A stretch of DNA of 64,000 nucleotides from NCBI GenBank assembly GCA_965249275.1, contig CBDFLQ010000007.1:768001-832000 (forward strand), written 5' to 3'. Every line of letters begins with the position of its first letter. The first letter of the stretch is position 1. This document shows, in pieces, positions 48,604-58,570 of this stretch. A program made the position numbers and the translations under genes. Below the pieces are notes generated by a model, which did no database searches, was not told the DNA's origin, and was given only the letters and a program-made list of their open reading frames with translations. This DNA comes from Dehalococcoidia bacterium (lineage in GTDB: Bacteria > Chloroflexota > Dehalococcoidia > Plut-88900).

Positions 48604-49055
48604 TGGTACGAATTGAGTGTGGATTCCCAGACGCCCCTAATGAATTGGTAGATGCTGGCCCCACAATTCCGGTTATAGTTGGTGCTCTTTCTACAATCGA
48701 AGATGAACAAGCAATCCCCCCGGGATTCAATGAATTCCCGTGTGCTGCATTAATTGATACGGGAGCCAACCATTGCTGTATAGATGCAACACTTGCTAGT
48801 GCCCTGGACTTGCCAACTATCGGCAAGGAGCGGGTAGGTGGAGTTCACGGAGTAGAAGACGTCAACGTGTATCTGGCTCAAGTCAAGGTTACCGGTGTCA
48901 ATACGATAATGCAGGGACGATTTACAGGTGTTCAACTGCGGTCCGCAGGGCTTCCTTTGGTATTGCTTGGGAGAGATTTCTTAAGCATGTACTCTATGGA
49001 CTACCAAGGACCATCGGGGTCGGTAGTCCTCAGAGATGAAGACTCTTTAGGATAA
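48603..49055 (+). CDS. Retropepsin-like aspartyl protease
   Basis: ALIDTGA catalytic motif and LLGRDFL; low GC; TGATG coupling to the upstream gene. Confidence 0.85.
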   Translation: MVRIECGFPDAPNELVDAGPTIPVIVGALSTIEDEQAIPPGFNEFPCAALIDTGANHCCIDATLASALDLPTIGKERVGGVHGVEDVNVYLAQVKVTGVNTIMQGRFTGVQLRSAGLPLVLLGRDFLSMYSMDYQGPSGSVVLRDEDSLG

Positions 49056-49393
49056 TGAACCGGGCCACAGACAACCAAATCTCGGGGATGGGTGGGGAGG
49101 TGGCTTTGCCGCGCAAGAACGGCGAGTTGGTATTCGAGATGCCGTGGGAGAGCCGTGCCTTTGGGTTGGCTGTCAGTCTGAGCGACGCAGGTGTGGTGGA
49201 GTGGCCGAAGTTCAGGGAAGCGCTGGTCACGGCGATCAAGGAGTCGGAGCGGGACGAGGACGGGCGTTCCTACTACCAGCAATGGCGCTCGGCGCTGGAA
49301 AAGGTTGCCTTGGAGAAGGGACTTGTGTCGGAAGAGAGTATGGACGGGCGGATGAGGTGGCTGGAAGAGGAATCGAGGCACGGGCACGATTAG
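49055..49393 (+). CDS. Nitrile hydratase accessory/activator protein (P14K-like)
   Basis: LPRKNGELVFEMPWESRAFG...YYQQWRSALE...HGHD. Confidence 0.9.
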   Translation: MNRATDNQISGMGGEVALPRKNGELVFEMPWESRAFGLAVSLSDAGVVEWPKFREALVTAIKESERDEDGRSYYQQWRSALEKVALEKGLVSEESMDGRMRWLEEESRHGHD

Positions 49394-49497
49394 AGCGGTT
49401 TCGGGGCCTTGGTTCAATTGAGTGGCGGATTCACATATAATCCCCGCGGCCCCCAACAACTCAAACTAAACACGTAGCTACAAGGGAGGTAGAGCAG

Positions 49498-50670
49498 ATG
49501 CTGTTTGGCAGCGTCTTCATGTTCAGGGACCCGGGCCTATCCACTCCATACGACCAACTCGTTAGGGAGATGAGGGAGTACGTGCTGATGATGGAGGAGT
49601 TGGGTTTCGACTACCTTTGGCTCGGGGAGCACCACCTGGGGCTGGAGGGGTTCGGCAACTCTCCCAACCCACTTATGGTCGCCGCGGACATGGCGAGCCG
49701 TACAAAGAACATGCGTATCGGGTTTGCCTGCCTGGTCCCGACGCTCTGGCATCCGCTGAGACTGGCCGAGGACGTGGCCACACTTGACCACCTCACTGAA
49801 GGCCGGATAGAGATCGGGTTTGGCCGGGGGCCCTGGCCCCGGGACACGGTGCCTTTCCACCCGAACGCGGACCCGCGAGACAAGGCCACGTCTCGGCAGC
49901 TGATGCGGGAGAACATCGAGATTCTGGTCAAGGCCTGGACGGAGGACGTGTTCTCCCACCAGGGCGAGAACTGGACTCTGCCCCCGCCGGAGATACCGTG
50001 GAACACCCCTTTCGCGCCGCCCGACCCCAGGGCGACCAAGGACGGGATAATTACGAAGCTGGCCGTTTACCCGAAGCCGTACCAGAAGCCTTATCCGCAA
50101 TTGTGGGGTACGGTATCGTCGCCGAACTCGCTGAAGCAGACGGCGGAATTGGGGTTCAACGCGGTGACGTGGAGGCCCTCGGTGCTACAGATCCGGGAAT
50201 GGTGCGAGATATACGCGTCCATCAGGTCGGAGAGGGAGGGTAGGCCGTTTGGGTTGGGGGAGGGGTGGGCGGTACAAAGGAACACCTACGTCGCCGACTC
50301 CATGGAGGAGGCTAAGGACGATGCAGAGGAGGCGTTCCTGAGAGCTCACGGCTTTGTGAGCAGCTTCCACACCGACATGACCCAGTCCCTTCGGTTCTAC
50401 ATGAACCCGGGGGAGAAACCGACGCCCGATATGAATCTCGACTGGGACTTTCTGAATGAGCGCCAATTCCTCGCCGGACCCCCGGACCACGTCGCCGAGA
50501 AGGTGCACGAGCTTCAGGAGGTCTGCGGCGTGAACCACCTTCTGACCAACTTCCCCGGCGGCGGTGGGATACCCCATCACAAAGTGTTGCGCTCTCTCGA
50601 ACTGTTCGGCACAAAAGTCATGCCACAGTTCAGGAAAGAGTCCAAGCCCACGCCGTTGGCGGCAGGTTAG
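49498..50670 (+). CDS. LLM-class flavin-dependent oxidoreductase
   Basis: WLGEHH, HPLRLAEDVATLD, GFGRG, PKPYQKPYP. Confidence 0.92.
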   Translation: MLFGSVFMFRDPGLSTPYDQLVREMREYVLMMEELGFDYLWLGEHHLGLEGFGNSPNPLMVAADMASRTKNMRIGFACLVPTLWHPLRLAEDVATLDHLTEGRIEIGFGRGPWPRDTVPFHPNADPRDKATSRQLMRENIEILVKAWTEDVFSHQGENWTLPPPEIPWNTPFAPPDPRATKDGIITKLAVYPKPYQKPYPQLWGTVSSPNSLKQTAELGFNAVTWRPSVLQIREWCEIYASIRSEREGRPFGLGEGWAVQRNTYVADSMEEAKDDAEEAFLRAHGFVSSFHTDMTQSLRFYMNPGEKPTPDMNLDWDFLNERQFLAGPPDHVAEKVHELQEVCGVNHLLTNFPGGGGIPHHKVLRSLELFGTKVMPQFRKESKPTPLAAG

Positions 50671-50693
50671 GGTATGGGCCCGCTAAGGGATTT

Positions 50694-50752
50694 CACTCTC
50701 ACTCTCCTCAGCGAGCCTACGGCGCTAGCCCTCTCCCATCGAGGGAGAGGGC
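50694..50752. repeat. REP-like palindrome
   Basis: GCCCTCTCCC-ATCGA-GGGAGAGGGC 10-bp inverted repeat (50728-52) preceded by CTCTCACTCT. Confidence 0.7.
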
Positions 50753-50769
50753 ACCGGAGGAGTGGATAA

Positions 50770-52539
50770 TTGCTGCCTAGAAGAAGCAAAGTAGAGCACA
50801 CGCGGGCCACATCTCTAACAGGCGAGACTAACGTCGCCGTTCCGATGAGGGACGGCACCGTACTCCGGGCGGACGTGTATCGTCCAAGCGGACCGGGAAA
50901 GTGGCCCGTGCTCCTGTCCCGGATACCTTACGGAAAGCATAAGCCGCGGTACCGGACACTGCACTTGGACGTCGTGAGAGCAGCGGCTCGCGGGTATGCG
51001 GTGGTGATACAGGACGTGAGGGGCAGACATGCTTCGGAGGGGGAATGGTACCCGTTCAGGTTCGATGGTCAGGACGGATTCGACACCGTAGAATGGTGCG
51101 CTTCCCAGCCGTGGAGCGACGGTAACGTGGGGATGTTCGGGATGTCGTACCACGGAGCCACACAATGGCTGGCCGCCGCCGAGTCCCCGCCATCCCTCAG
51201 GGCGATTGCTCCCGGCTTGACCTCGGCCGACCTCTACGACAGCTGGACGTACCTCGGCGGGGCCTTCGGGTTGTGGTGGACGGGCCACTGGTCGGCGGGT
51301 TTCGTGCTGGACAACCTCGCAGACACGCCGCCGGAGCTGAAAGATGCCGTCGCAGAGACACGCAAATGGGCCCGCGAGCCCATGGCTCTGTCGACCCACC
51401 TGCCCATTCGGGACATGCCCGGCCTTAAGAAAGTCGCCGATTACTACTACGACTGGATGGACCACCCGACATACGACGATTATTGGAAGAAGATCGGGGC
51501 GTGGGACCGGCTAGCCAACGTTAAGGTGCCTGTTCTGAGCATCGGCGGGTACTTCGACAGTTTCATCAGGGGAACTCTGCGCTCCTACGGATGGTTGAAG
51601 GAAAATGGGTCGACTGACGCTGTACGAGAGCAGCAGCACATGGTCCTGGGACCGTGGATACACAGCCATCTGCTTCCCGCCAACGCAGGACAGCGGTATT
51701 TCGGAGGTGGGGCGTCGGGGGATGGAATCGACTATCACGGGATGGTGCTGGCGTGGTACGACCACTGGCTGAAGGGAGAGGACAACGGGATTACCACCGA
51801 CCCGCGGGCCTACTATTTCACGATGGGCGACAACCAATGGCAGGAGGCCGAGTCCTGGCCTCCCACGGCTCGAGACACGTCCTTCTTCCTCCGGAGCGGG
51901 GGTCGAGCCAATAGCAGGCACGGCGACGGGTCACTCAGCCTCGAGGCACCAAGAGAACAAGAGCCCGGCGATTCCTACCTGCACAATCCTCTGAACCCCG
52001 TCCCGACAGTCGGTGGGCCCTACGTCCGCGGGATACCGGGCTTTGTTGACGCAGGTTCGATAGAACAGACGGCCGCCGAGGTTCGGGAGGATGTGCTGAT
52101 ATACACCTCCGCGCCGATGGATAAGCGGCGGGAAGTGACAGGGCAGGTCCAGCTAGTCTTGTGGGCAGCATCGTCGGCACGGGACACGGACTGGGCGGTC
52201 ACAGTTAGCGTAGTTGAGCCGAGCGGTGCATCCTATAACGTATGCGAAGGGATATTAAGGGCGTCGTACCGGGAATCGCTGGAAGCGCCAGCCCCGATAG
52301 AACCGGGCCAGGTCTATGAATACACGATAGATTTGGGCCCAACCTCCATAGCATTCCAGCCGGGGCAGTCTATACGACTGCGGATTGCGTCCAGCAACTT
52401 CCCGGCTTTTGCAAGAAACCTCGGGACGGGAAGCCAGGCTCATATGGCGTCGGCGGCTGATGCTGTCACTGCTGTTCAGACGGTACTGCACGATGCGGCG
52501 CACCCTTCACGGCTTGTGTTGCCGGTAGTCGAATCTTAG
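50770..52539 (+). CDS. CocE/NonD-family serine hydrolase
   Basis: PMRDG, RIPYGK, QDVRGR, GMSYHG (nucleophile), GYFD, GPWIH. Confidence 0.93.
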   Translation: MLPRRSKVEHTRATSLTGETNVAVPMRDGTVLRADVYRPSGPGKWPVLLSRIPYGKHKPRYRTLHLDVVRAAARGYAVVIQDVRGRHASEGEWYPFRFDGQDGFDTVEWCASQPWSDGNVGMFGMSYHGATQWLAAAESPPSLRAIAPGLTSADLYDSWTYLGGAFGLWWTGHWSAGFVLDNLADTPPELKDAVAETRKWAREPMALSTHLPIRDMPGLKKVADYYYDWMDHPTYDDYWKKIGAWDRLANVKVPVLSIGGYFDSFIRGTLRSYGWLKENGSTDAVREQQHMVLGPWIHSHLLPANAGQRYFGGGASGDGIDYHGMVLAWYDHWLKGEDNGITTDPRAYYFTMGDNQWQEAESWPPTARDTSFFLRSGGRANSRHGDGSLSLEAPREQEPGDSYLHNPLNPVPTVGGPYVRGIPGFVDAGSIEQTAAEVREDVLIYTSAPMDKRREVTGQVQLVLWAASSARDTDWAVTVSVVEPSGASYNVCEGILRASYRESLEAPAPIEPGQVYEYTIDLGPTSIAFQPGQSIRLRIASSNFPAFARNLGTGSQAHMASAADAVTAVQTVLHDAAHPSRLVLPVVES

Positions 52540-52571
52540 TCCCGCAAGCGTAGCCCCAGGGGGGAAAGCCG

Positions 52572-53606
52572 ATGAAGGCAGATTTCAGTGTAGGCATGGG
52601 CCGGAACTTGGCTATCTCAGAGGTGGCATCTCATTCGAGGCTGGCGGAAGACTGCGGCTTCTCCCACCTAACCATGATCGACTCTCAGAACCTCTCCCGC
52701 GACGTGTACTCGATGATGACCCTTGCGGCGCTCAACACGAACCGTATCAAGATCGGGCACGGCGTGACGAACCCGTTCACCCGGCACCCATCGGTGACGG
52801 CCACCGCGTCGGCGACGATAAACGAGGTGTCGGGCGGCAGAGCGTTCGTGGGGATCGGGGCTGGGTTCAGCTCGGTGATGACTATGGGCATGAACGCCAG
52901 AACCATGCAGGAGTTCCGAGACACGGTGCAGTTCATAAAGGACTACACAGCGGGCCGGGAAGTGGAGTATCACGGATCAAAGATGCACTCGGAATGGATA
53001 CGGAAGCCCGTGCCCGTCTATATGGCATCCATAGGGTTGCGCTCGTTGCGGATGGCGGGGGAGCTGGCAGACGGCGTCATGCTGGGGGGAGTCCACCCGG
53101 AGATGATGAAGTGGAACCTGGAACAGATTGCTCGGGGCGCAGAATCGGTAGGTCGGGACCCGGGAGAGATAGACATCTGGGCAAGGACAGAGATCCTGGT
53201 GGCCGATTCCAAGGAGGAGGCTCGCCGGGAGGTGGCATCCTACGCCATGAGCTGGGCTTGTAGTTTCTACGGATCACTGTTCCGTCGGAAAGCCCCCGAG
53301 ATAGAGGACCTGCGCCAGCGTATCGAGCGTGCGGAGCCGGGTCTTATAGACGAGATGCGGATTGCCTACGAAGCCTTCGACCCGTACCAGCACGAGAAGA
53401 CGGACGCCGACCACGCCAAGCTGGCATCCCAAAGACTGATCGACTTCTACCTGATGCCCGGCACCCCCGATGATATCGGGGAACAGATATCAGGGGTGCT
53501 GCCCCTGGGAGTCAACAACATCTCCACGGTGCTATTCACCATCATCGACAAGAAGGGGATGATGAGGCGGATCAGCAGGGAGATTATGCCGATGTTTAGC
53601 GACTAG
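52572..53606 (+). CDS. LLM-class F420-dependent oxidoreductase (Mer-like)
   Basis: DSQNLSRD, GHGVTNPFTRHP, GGRAFVGIGAG, AGELADGV. Confidence 0.9.
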   Translation: MKADFSVGMGRNLAISEVASHSRLAEDCGFSHLTMIDSQNLSRDVYSMMTLAALNTNRIKIGHGVTNPFTRHPSVTATASATINEVSGGRAFVGIGAGFSSVMTMGMNARTMQEFRDTVQFIKDYTAGREVEYHGSKMHSEWIRKPVPVYMASIGLRSLRMAGELADGVMLGGVHPEMMKWNLEQIARGAESVGRDPGEIDIWARTEILVADSKEEARREVASYAMSWACSFYGSLFRRKAPEIEDLRQRIERAEPGLIDEMRIAYEAFDPYQHEKTDADHAKLASQRLIDFYLMPGTPDDIGEQISGVLPLGVNNISTVLFTIIDKKGMMRRISREIMPMFSD

Positions 53607-53638
53607 GAGCCGCTTGCGCTCCTTGGCTCGGTGCCCGA

Positions 53639-54727
53639 CTAACCTCGCTTCTGCGTTTGGGCCCATTCAGGGTCTGATGCCGTGACGAGGCTGGGGATTG
53701 TAAAGCGGAAGTCGCAGACCTTGTCACCTCGAGTTTTCACCTTGGACCAGCCGACCACTCCATCGGGGTGAAAACCCTCCACCAGTCCTCTGTGGACTTC
53801 CATGTCGTAGATGTACCCGAAAGCCAGGCCGCGCTGGCCTTCTTCGGCCCAGACCTCGGCACAGGGGCAGTAGGTGCAGGTAGAGTGCATGACTCCGGGC
53901 GAGAGATGATTGGAGCCGCGGAACACGAAGGCCGTCGAGTTGGGGTCCCGACGCTCGATGATTTCGGTCCATGACTCGAAGTTGAGAGGCATTTCAGCGG
54001 CTAGGGCTTCTTCCTTCATTCCCTCGGCCCGTTCGTAGCCGAAATCGTAGAGGGACTTGCGCATGATCTCCTCACCCGAGGCGTCGAACCGAGCCTCGAG
54101 GGCCTGGGCCACGTACATGCCAAGGGAACCGAAGACACCGAATGTTCGCCGGGAGAAGCGGATTGAATCGGCTGTTTTTGCGAGGAGGTCTGAAGGCGGG
54201 GCGTCGGAGGCGTTTGAGGTATCGCCGGAGCAGGTGAAGGTGATGGTCAGCGGGCCGGAGGCGTCGGCAGGGATGTCAGAGTGGGAAACCGACATCTGCT
54301 CGTCGAATCCCTCGACGATACCCTGTAGGGTGTTGGTCCAGTAGGAGGCGAGAATCTCGCCTCCTTCGTGATTGGCAAAGTAGTCGCTGCCGGGGACGGT
54401 CGGAAGGGTTACGGTGACCTCTGCGGGTCCACCCTGGATTTGAACCACGGAGTCGGGGTGGGCGAAGACCAAGTCGGATACGTCCCAGGCCCTGAGGAGG
54501 GACAGGGCGTCGTTGCCTGAGGCAAGGGTGGCGGGATTTTGCCGCATCGATTCGCCGCGGTAATGGCCGCAGAGTCGGAATCCCTCTTCCAGGGCACGCA
54601 GACCCGCATCGCCGAGCCGGGTCCCGGTGTAGCGCCCCAGGTGTCTAAGGAGCATCCAGTAATATTCGTTGATAATCTTCAGGGCTGATATACGCTGGTC
54701 TCGGGAGTCAGCCGCGTTGGCGATCAT
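53639..54727 (-). CDS. Tandem L-2-amino-thiazoline-4-carboxylate hydrolase-like (V4R/ATC) domain protein
   Basis: C-terminal YCPCAEVW...TRGDKVCDFRF; N-terminal half has the same topology without Cys. Confidence 0.6.
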   Translation of the reverse strand: MIANAADSRDQRISALKIINEYYWMLLRHLGRYTGTRLGDAGLRALEEGFRLCGHYRGESMRQNPATLASGNDALSLLRAWDVSDLVFAHPDSVVQIQGGPAEVTVTLPTVPGSDYFANHEGGEILASYWTNTLQGIVEGFDEQMSVSHSDIPADASGPLTITFTCSGDTSNASDAPPSDLLAKTADSIRFSRRTFGVFGSLGMYVAQALEARFDASGEEIMRKSLYDFGYERAEGMKEEALAAEMPLNFESWTEIIERRDPNSTAFVFRGSNHLSPGVMHSTCTYCPCAEVWAEEGQRGLAFGYIYDMEVHRGLVEGFHPDGVVGWSKVKTRGDKVCDFRFTIPSLVTASDPEWAQTQKRG

Positions 54728-54779
54728 GGCAATCTCCTTGTGAACTATGCCGGCAGACAGGACGCAGGGGCAGCCTAGG

Positions 54780-55922
54780 CTACCACTGTACGAACATGGG
54801 CATGACTACGTGGACGTAGCTGACGCCCTCGGAGGGAGAGAGGGGCCTGAGGACGCCCGGGCTGGAGGGGCTGGAAGTTTCCAGGGCGACCATACCGTGG
54901 CCCAGGACGCCAAGAACCTCAGTGAGGTACTTGGCGTTGAAGGCGATCTTCGCAGGGTCACCCTCAATGGTGGCGGTGATCTTGCCTTTGTTGTCGCCGA
55001 CTTCCTCGGAGCGGGCTTCGATGGATAGACCGCCGATACCGTCCTCTTCGCCTTCGAAGGTCTGCAAGCGGACTATGCCGCTGCCGTCCCGGGCAAAGAT
55101 AGATGCGGCGCGCGTGGCCCTGGCGAATTCTCCCACGTCAACTGTGGTCTTGGAAACGTGCTCCTTGGGGACCAGTTGGCTGTAGTTGGGGAAGGTGCCC
55201 TGGATAAGCTGTGAAACGACGGCGGCAGTCTCGAACTGGAACAAGACCTGGGTCTTGCCCTCGTTAACTTTGATCTTAACGGGGTAGTCCTTGCCGGATG
55301 CGAGGCGGCTCACTTCCTGGAGGGACTTCGCGGGCACGATGATAGCGCTGCTCTCGGGGACCTCGTCGGCGAGCTTGGTTTCGTGGACAGCCAGGCGAAA
55401 TCCGTCGGCCGCGGCAAGAACGAGTCCGCCGTCCTTGATCTCGATCTGGACGCCAGTCAGGACAGGGCGGGAATCCTCAGTAGCAGCAGCAAAGGCAACC
55501 CCATCAATAGCCTGCTTCAGGAGTTCAGTGCCTATGTTGACCTCGAAGCCGTCGTCGACGGTTGGAGTGGGGGGGAATTCCTCAGGATCCGTGCCCGCGA
55601 TGTTGGCCTGGAATCGGGCGCACGTGACATTGAGGCTCTTGCCTCCGGGTGCGCCGGTAAGGTGGACCTCCTCGGAGGGGAGAGACCCGACGAACTCACC
55701 GAGAAGACGAGCCGGTACGGTCACGACCCCTTCTTCCTCAACCTTGGCTCCGATCCAGGTGGTTATGGTAAGTTCAAGGTTGGTGGCCGAGAGTTTGAGT
55801 CGGCCTCCATCGGTGGAGATAAGGACATTACTGGTAATGGGGAGGGGAGTACGTGAGGCTACGGCTCGGCCTACGTCGGCTAGTGCAGCGTTCAAATTCT
55901 CCTGAAGACAGTCGACCTTCAT
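54780..55922 (-). CDS. dnaN: DNA polymerase III beta clamp
   Basis: LSATNLE, RPVLTG, AADGFRL, GTFPNY, IAFNAKYL, VVMPM. Confidence 0.97.
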   Translation of the reverse strand: MKVDCLQENLNAALADVGRAVASRTPLPITSNVLISTDGGRLKLSATNLELTITTWIGAKVEEEGVVTVPARLLGEFVGSLPSEEVHLTGAPGGKSLNVTCARFQANIAGTDPEEFPPTPTVDDGFEVNIGTELLKQAIDGVAFAAATEDSRPVLTGVQIEIKDGGLVLAAADGFRLAVHETKLADEVPESSAIIVPAKSLQEVSRLASGKDYPVKIKVNEGKTQVLFQFETAAVVSQLIQGTFPNYSQLVPKEHVSKTTVDVGEFARATRAASIFARDGSGIVRLQTFEGEEDGIGGLSIEARSEEVGDNKGKITATIEGDPAKIAFNAKYLTEVLGVLGHGMVALETSSPSSPGVLRPLSPSEGVSYVHVVMPMFVQW

Positions 55923-55996
55923 TTGGGGGTTCCTAAGTAGGGGATTTGGGGCAAGTATACATCAGCGCCGAAAAACGGGTCTAGGGGAAAAGTTAA

Positions 55997-56035
55997 GAAA
56001 AAGGGCCTCTCGCACAGTGCGAGAGGCCCTTTTTC
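55997..56035. terminator. Bidirectional intrinsic terminator
   Basis: GAAAAAGGGCCTCTCGCAC-A-GTGCGAGAGGCCCTTTTTC. Confidence 0.9.
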
Positions 56036-56056
56036 CGTGGTCAGGGTCTGTGCCGG

Positions 56057-56299
56057 TTAGAGCCCTACGGCGAGGCGTATGACCAAGATGAACAGGCCCA
56101 GCAGCAGGATACCGCTGAGAATGGTCAACCTGTGGTCTTGAAGGATCGGCTTGAAAGGCCGCAGAAAGGGCATTACAACAGCCGAGTAGGGCCCCTCAAA
56201 AGGCTGCATTAGCAGCTCGACCAACTGGAAGATCGGTTTCAGGATGGGGACCAGGACCATATCGTACAGGCTGAGGATCGGTTTTAAGAGCATGTCCAT
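56057..56299 (-). CDS. Small membrane protein with KPI(L/F) repeats
   Basis: AGGAG RBS; C-terminal TM helix; follows the urate-oxidase-N gene. Confidence 0.7.
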   Translation of the reverse strand: MDMLLKPILSLYDMVLVPILKPIFQLVELLMQPFEGPYSAVVMPFLRPFKPILQDHRLTILSGILLLGLFILVIRLAVGL

Positions 56300-56339
56300 G
56301 ATTACACTCCTGCTTTATGGTGTTCAATCAACCCCTATG

Positions 56340-56864
56340 CTAGCTCCACAGAACGCCGAGGTGACCCGAGGCGATCATGAAGAAGAGCATGGGTATGGAG
56401 AGGAGCGTATTGGTCCGGGAGGCGAGAAGCGCCGTGCCAGCCCAGGACGCGTCGGGACCGGGGGCGTCGGGATTTTCCGACTGAGCGACGTTCGCGGCGA
56501 TAATCTTCTTCTGATTGGGCCAGATGATCAGCCAGACGTTCAGGAACATGATGGTGCCGAGTCCGGCGCCGATCATGAGGGACTTGAATGAGGCCGATTC
56601 TATGTACCCATCCCAACTTCCAAGCTGGAAACCGCGGGAGATTATCCAGGCGGTGCCACCAAGGAAGGTGATTAGGGCGGACCAACGGAACCACCACAGG
56701 GCCGTAGGCACAAGGTTGACGAAAGCGTCTCGCCTGGAGCCTCCCTCCATCTTAGGGAAAGAAGTGGTCTGAACAAAGTTGAAGTAGTATAGGAGCCCTA
56801 TCCACGTGATCCCTGCGATGACATGAACCCAGCGCAGGGAACCCATGTAGTATTCCCAAGCCAT
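56340..56864 (-). CDS. Urate oxidase N-terminal (DUF989/PuuD-N-like) membrane protein
   Basis: LRWVHVIAGITWIGLLYYFN, WWFRW, IMFLNVWLIIWPNQKK, ASRTNT; start MAWEYY after GGAGG. Confidence 0.85.
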   Translation of the reverse strand: MAWEYYMGSLRWVHVIAGITWIGLLYYFNFVQTTSFPKMEGGSRRDAFVNLVPTALWWFRWSALITFLGGTAWIISRGFQLGSWDGYIESASFKSLMIGAGLGTIMFLNVWLIIWPNQKKIIAANVAQSENPDAPGPDASWAGTALLASRTNTLLSIPMLFFMIASGHLGVLWS

Positions 56865-57093
56865 AGCGTCCTCCGTAGTTTCTTGTAATTTCCGAGAATC
56901 GAGGTTATGGCAACCGCCCATCCAAGGTCCTCAGAATCCGCCAAATGAACCAACGGTGTACGTACCCTGCTTCTCCCCCTTTCCTGAAGCTTTTCGGCGT
57001 CCGGGCGGACGCCAGAACAGGACCAATGGAGTGAATATACTACAATGGGGCGTCTATTCCAAGGGGCGGGGGGTGCGGGATGCCCAGCGACAT

Positions 57094-57432
57094 TCAGCCT
57101 CCCAGCAGGGCGATGAAGTCTTCCCTGGGTGGGGAAAAGATGTCCAGAGCCAGGGCCTTGCCAGAAGTTGCGACGGCCCGGTGCACGACACCCGAAGGTA
57201 CTAAGTAAGCGTCGCCCTTCTTAATCATGCGTACGTCGCCGTCTATGGTGAGCTCAAACTCACCTTCCAGGCACATGCCGGCCTGCTCGTTGGGGTGGGT
57301 GTGGTTCGGGACCTCGGCGCCGGGTTCCAGGGTGATGAACACCATCATGACCTTGTCGCCCCAAAGGGGTTGTATGTGGGCGCCAGGGGCAATTTCCTTG
57401 CTCTTCAGGGCCTTGGGGTCGTAGAAGGGCAT
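57094..57432 (-). CDS. Cupin domain protein
   Basis: HTHPNEQ, PSGVVH, LDIFSPPRED; start MPFYD. Confidence 0.9.
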   Translation of the reverse strand: MPFYDPKALKSKEIAPGAHIQPLWGDKVMMVFITLEPGAEVPNHTHPNEQAGMCLEGEFELTIDGDVRMIKKGDAYLVPSGVVHRAVATSGKALALDIFSPPREDFIALLGG

Positions 57433-57533
57433 TACTGTTCTCCTTGGCTGTGATATAAGTCCGAACGGCGGGGACATGTTACCACTCCGGGAAATGTATA
57501 ATGGCTTGACAGCAAGCATTTGGGGGAGGGGAT

Positions 57534-58541
57534 ATGAAGGCTCAACGAATAATCTCGACCATCGATTCGCACACTGCAGGGGAACGGACGCGGATGATTA
57601 CGGGGGGTGTGCAGAACATCCCGGGTTCGAGCATGGCGGAGAAGAAGAGCTATTTCATCGAGCACCTGGACTCGGTGAGGAAAGTGTTGACGCTGGAGCC
57701 TCGGGGGGACGCCGAGCTTATCGGCGCGGTGCTTACGACCCCGGTGAACGAGGGGAGCGACTTGGGCGTGATGTTCTTCGACTCCCTGGGCTTCGAAGGG
57801 ATGTGCGGGCACGGCACCATCGGAATTGTCACCACGCTTATCGAGACCGGGCAGATTACGCCGGTACATCCCTTTACCGAAGTAAGGCTGGACACGGTTA
57901 CCGGTACTGTAGAGGCGCGTGCCAAGGTCGACCACGAAGGCAATGTGTCGGAGGTGACCATCCGCAACGTGCCTTCCTTCGTCTACATGCAGGACGCACA
58001 AGTTGACTTCGAAGGCGGCAAGGTGCTGACGGACATCGTGTACGGGGGCAACTTCTTCGCGATACTGCCGGTGGAGCGGCTGGGGATGGAGCTAGCCCCG
58101 AGCAACGTGGGCAAACTGGTGGAGCGGGGCATCGCCTTTCGGGATGCGGCGCGGGAGCAGCTTGAGATAAGCCATCCCACGGAGCCCGACATCAACCCGT
58201 TGCATGGTGTAGAGATGTACGTGGACAACCCTTCGCCGGGAGTTCACGCACGAAACATCATGACGTTTGCCCAACACTCGTTTGATCGGTCGCCGTGTGG
58301 GACGGGAACGTCGGCGCGGTTGGCGCTGCTTCACGCCCAAGGCCGCCTGGAAGTGGGGGAGGAATTCGTACACGAAAGCATTCTGGGCACGGTGTTCCGC
58401 AGCCGGATAGTCGAAGAGAGCAGAGTGGACGGGTATCCGGCGATCATACCGGAGGTCACCGGGTCGGCGTACCTGACGGGATCACACCAATTCTACATCG
58501 ACAGCCGCGACCCGTTGAAAGAAGGATTCCTGCTGGGATAG
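57534..58541 (+). CDS. Proline racemase / 4-hydroxyproline epimerase family
   Basis: DSHTAGE, EPRG, MCGHG, DRSPCGTGTSAR (Cys/Cys dyad). Confidence 0.93.
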   Translation: MKAQRIISTIDSHTAGERTRMITGGVQNIPGSSMAEKKSYFIEHLDSVRKVLTLEPRGDAELIGAVLTTPVNEGSDLGVMFFDSLGFEGMCGHGTIGIVTTLIETGQITPVHPFTEVRLDTVTGTVEARAKVDHEGNVSEVTIRNVPSFVYMQDAQVDFEGGKVLTDIVYGGNFFAILPVERLGMELAPSNVGKLVERGIAFRDAAREQLEISHPTEPDINPLHGVEMYVDNPSPGVHARNIMTFAQHSFDRSPCGTGTSARLALLHAQGRLEVGEEFVHESILGTVFRSRIVEESRVDGYPAIIPEVTGSAYLTGSHQFYIDSRDPLKEGFLLG

Positions 58542-58570
58542 AGGGATGGGGCCAAGGGGCCCGGACGGAA

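Noticed and set aside
45980-49060. Integron cassettes explaining the low-GC inserts
   Set aside because: No attC-like RYYYAAC...GTTRRRY palindromes and no integrase were seen.
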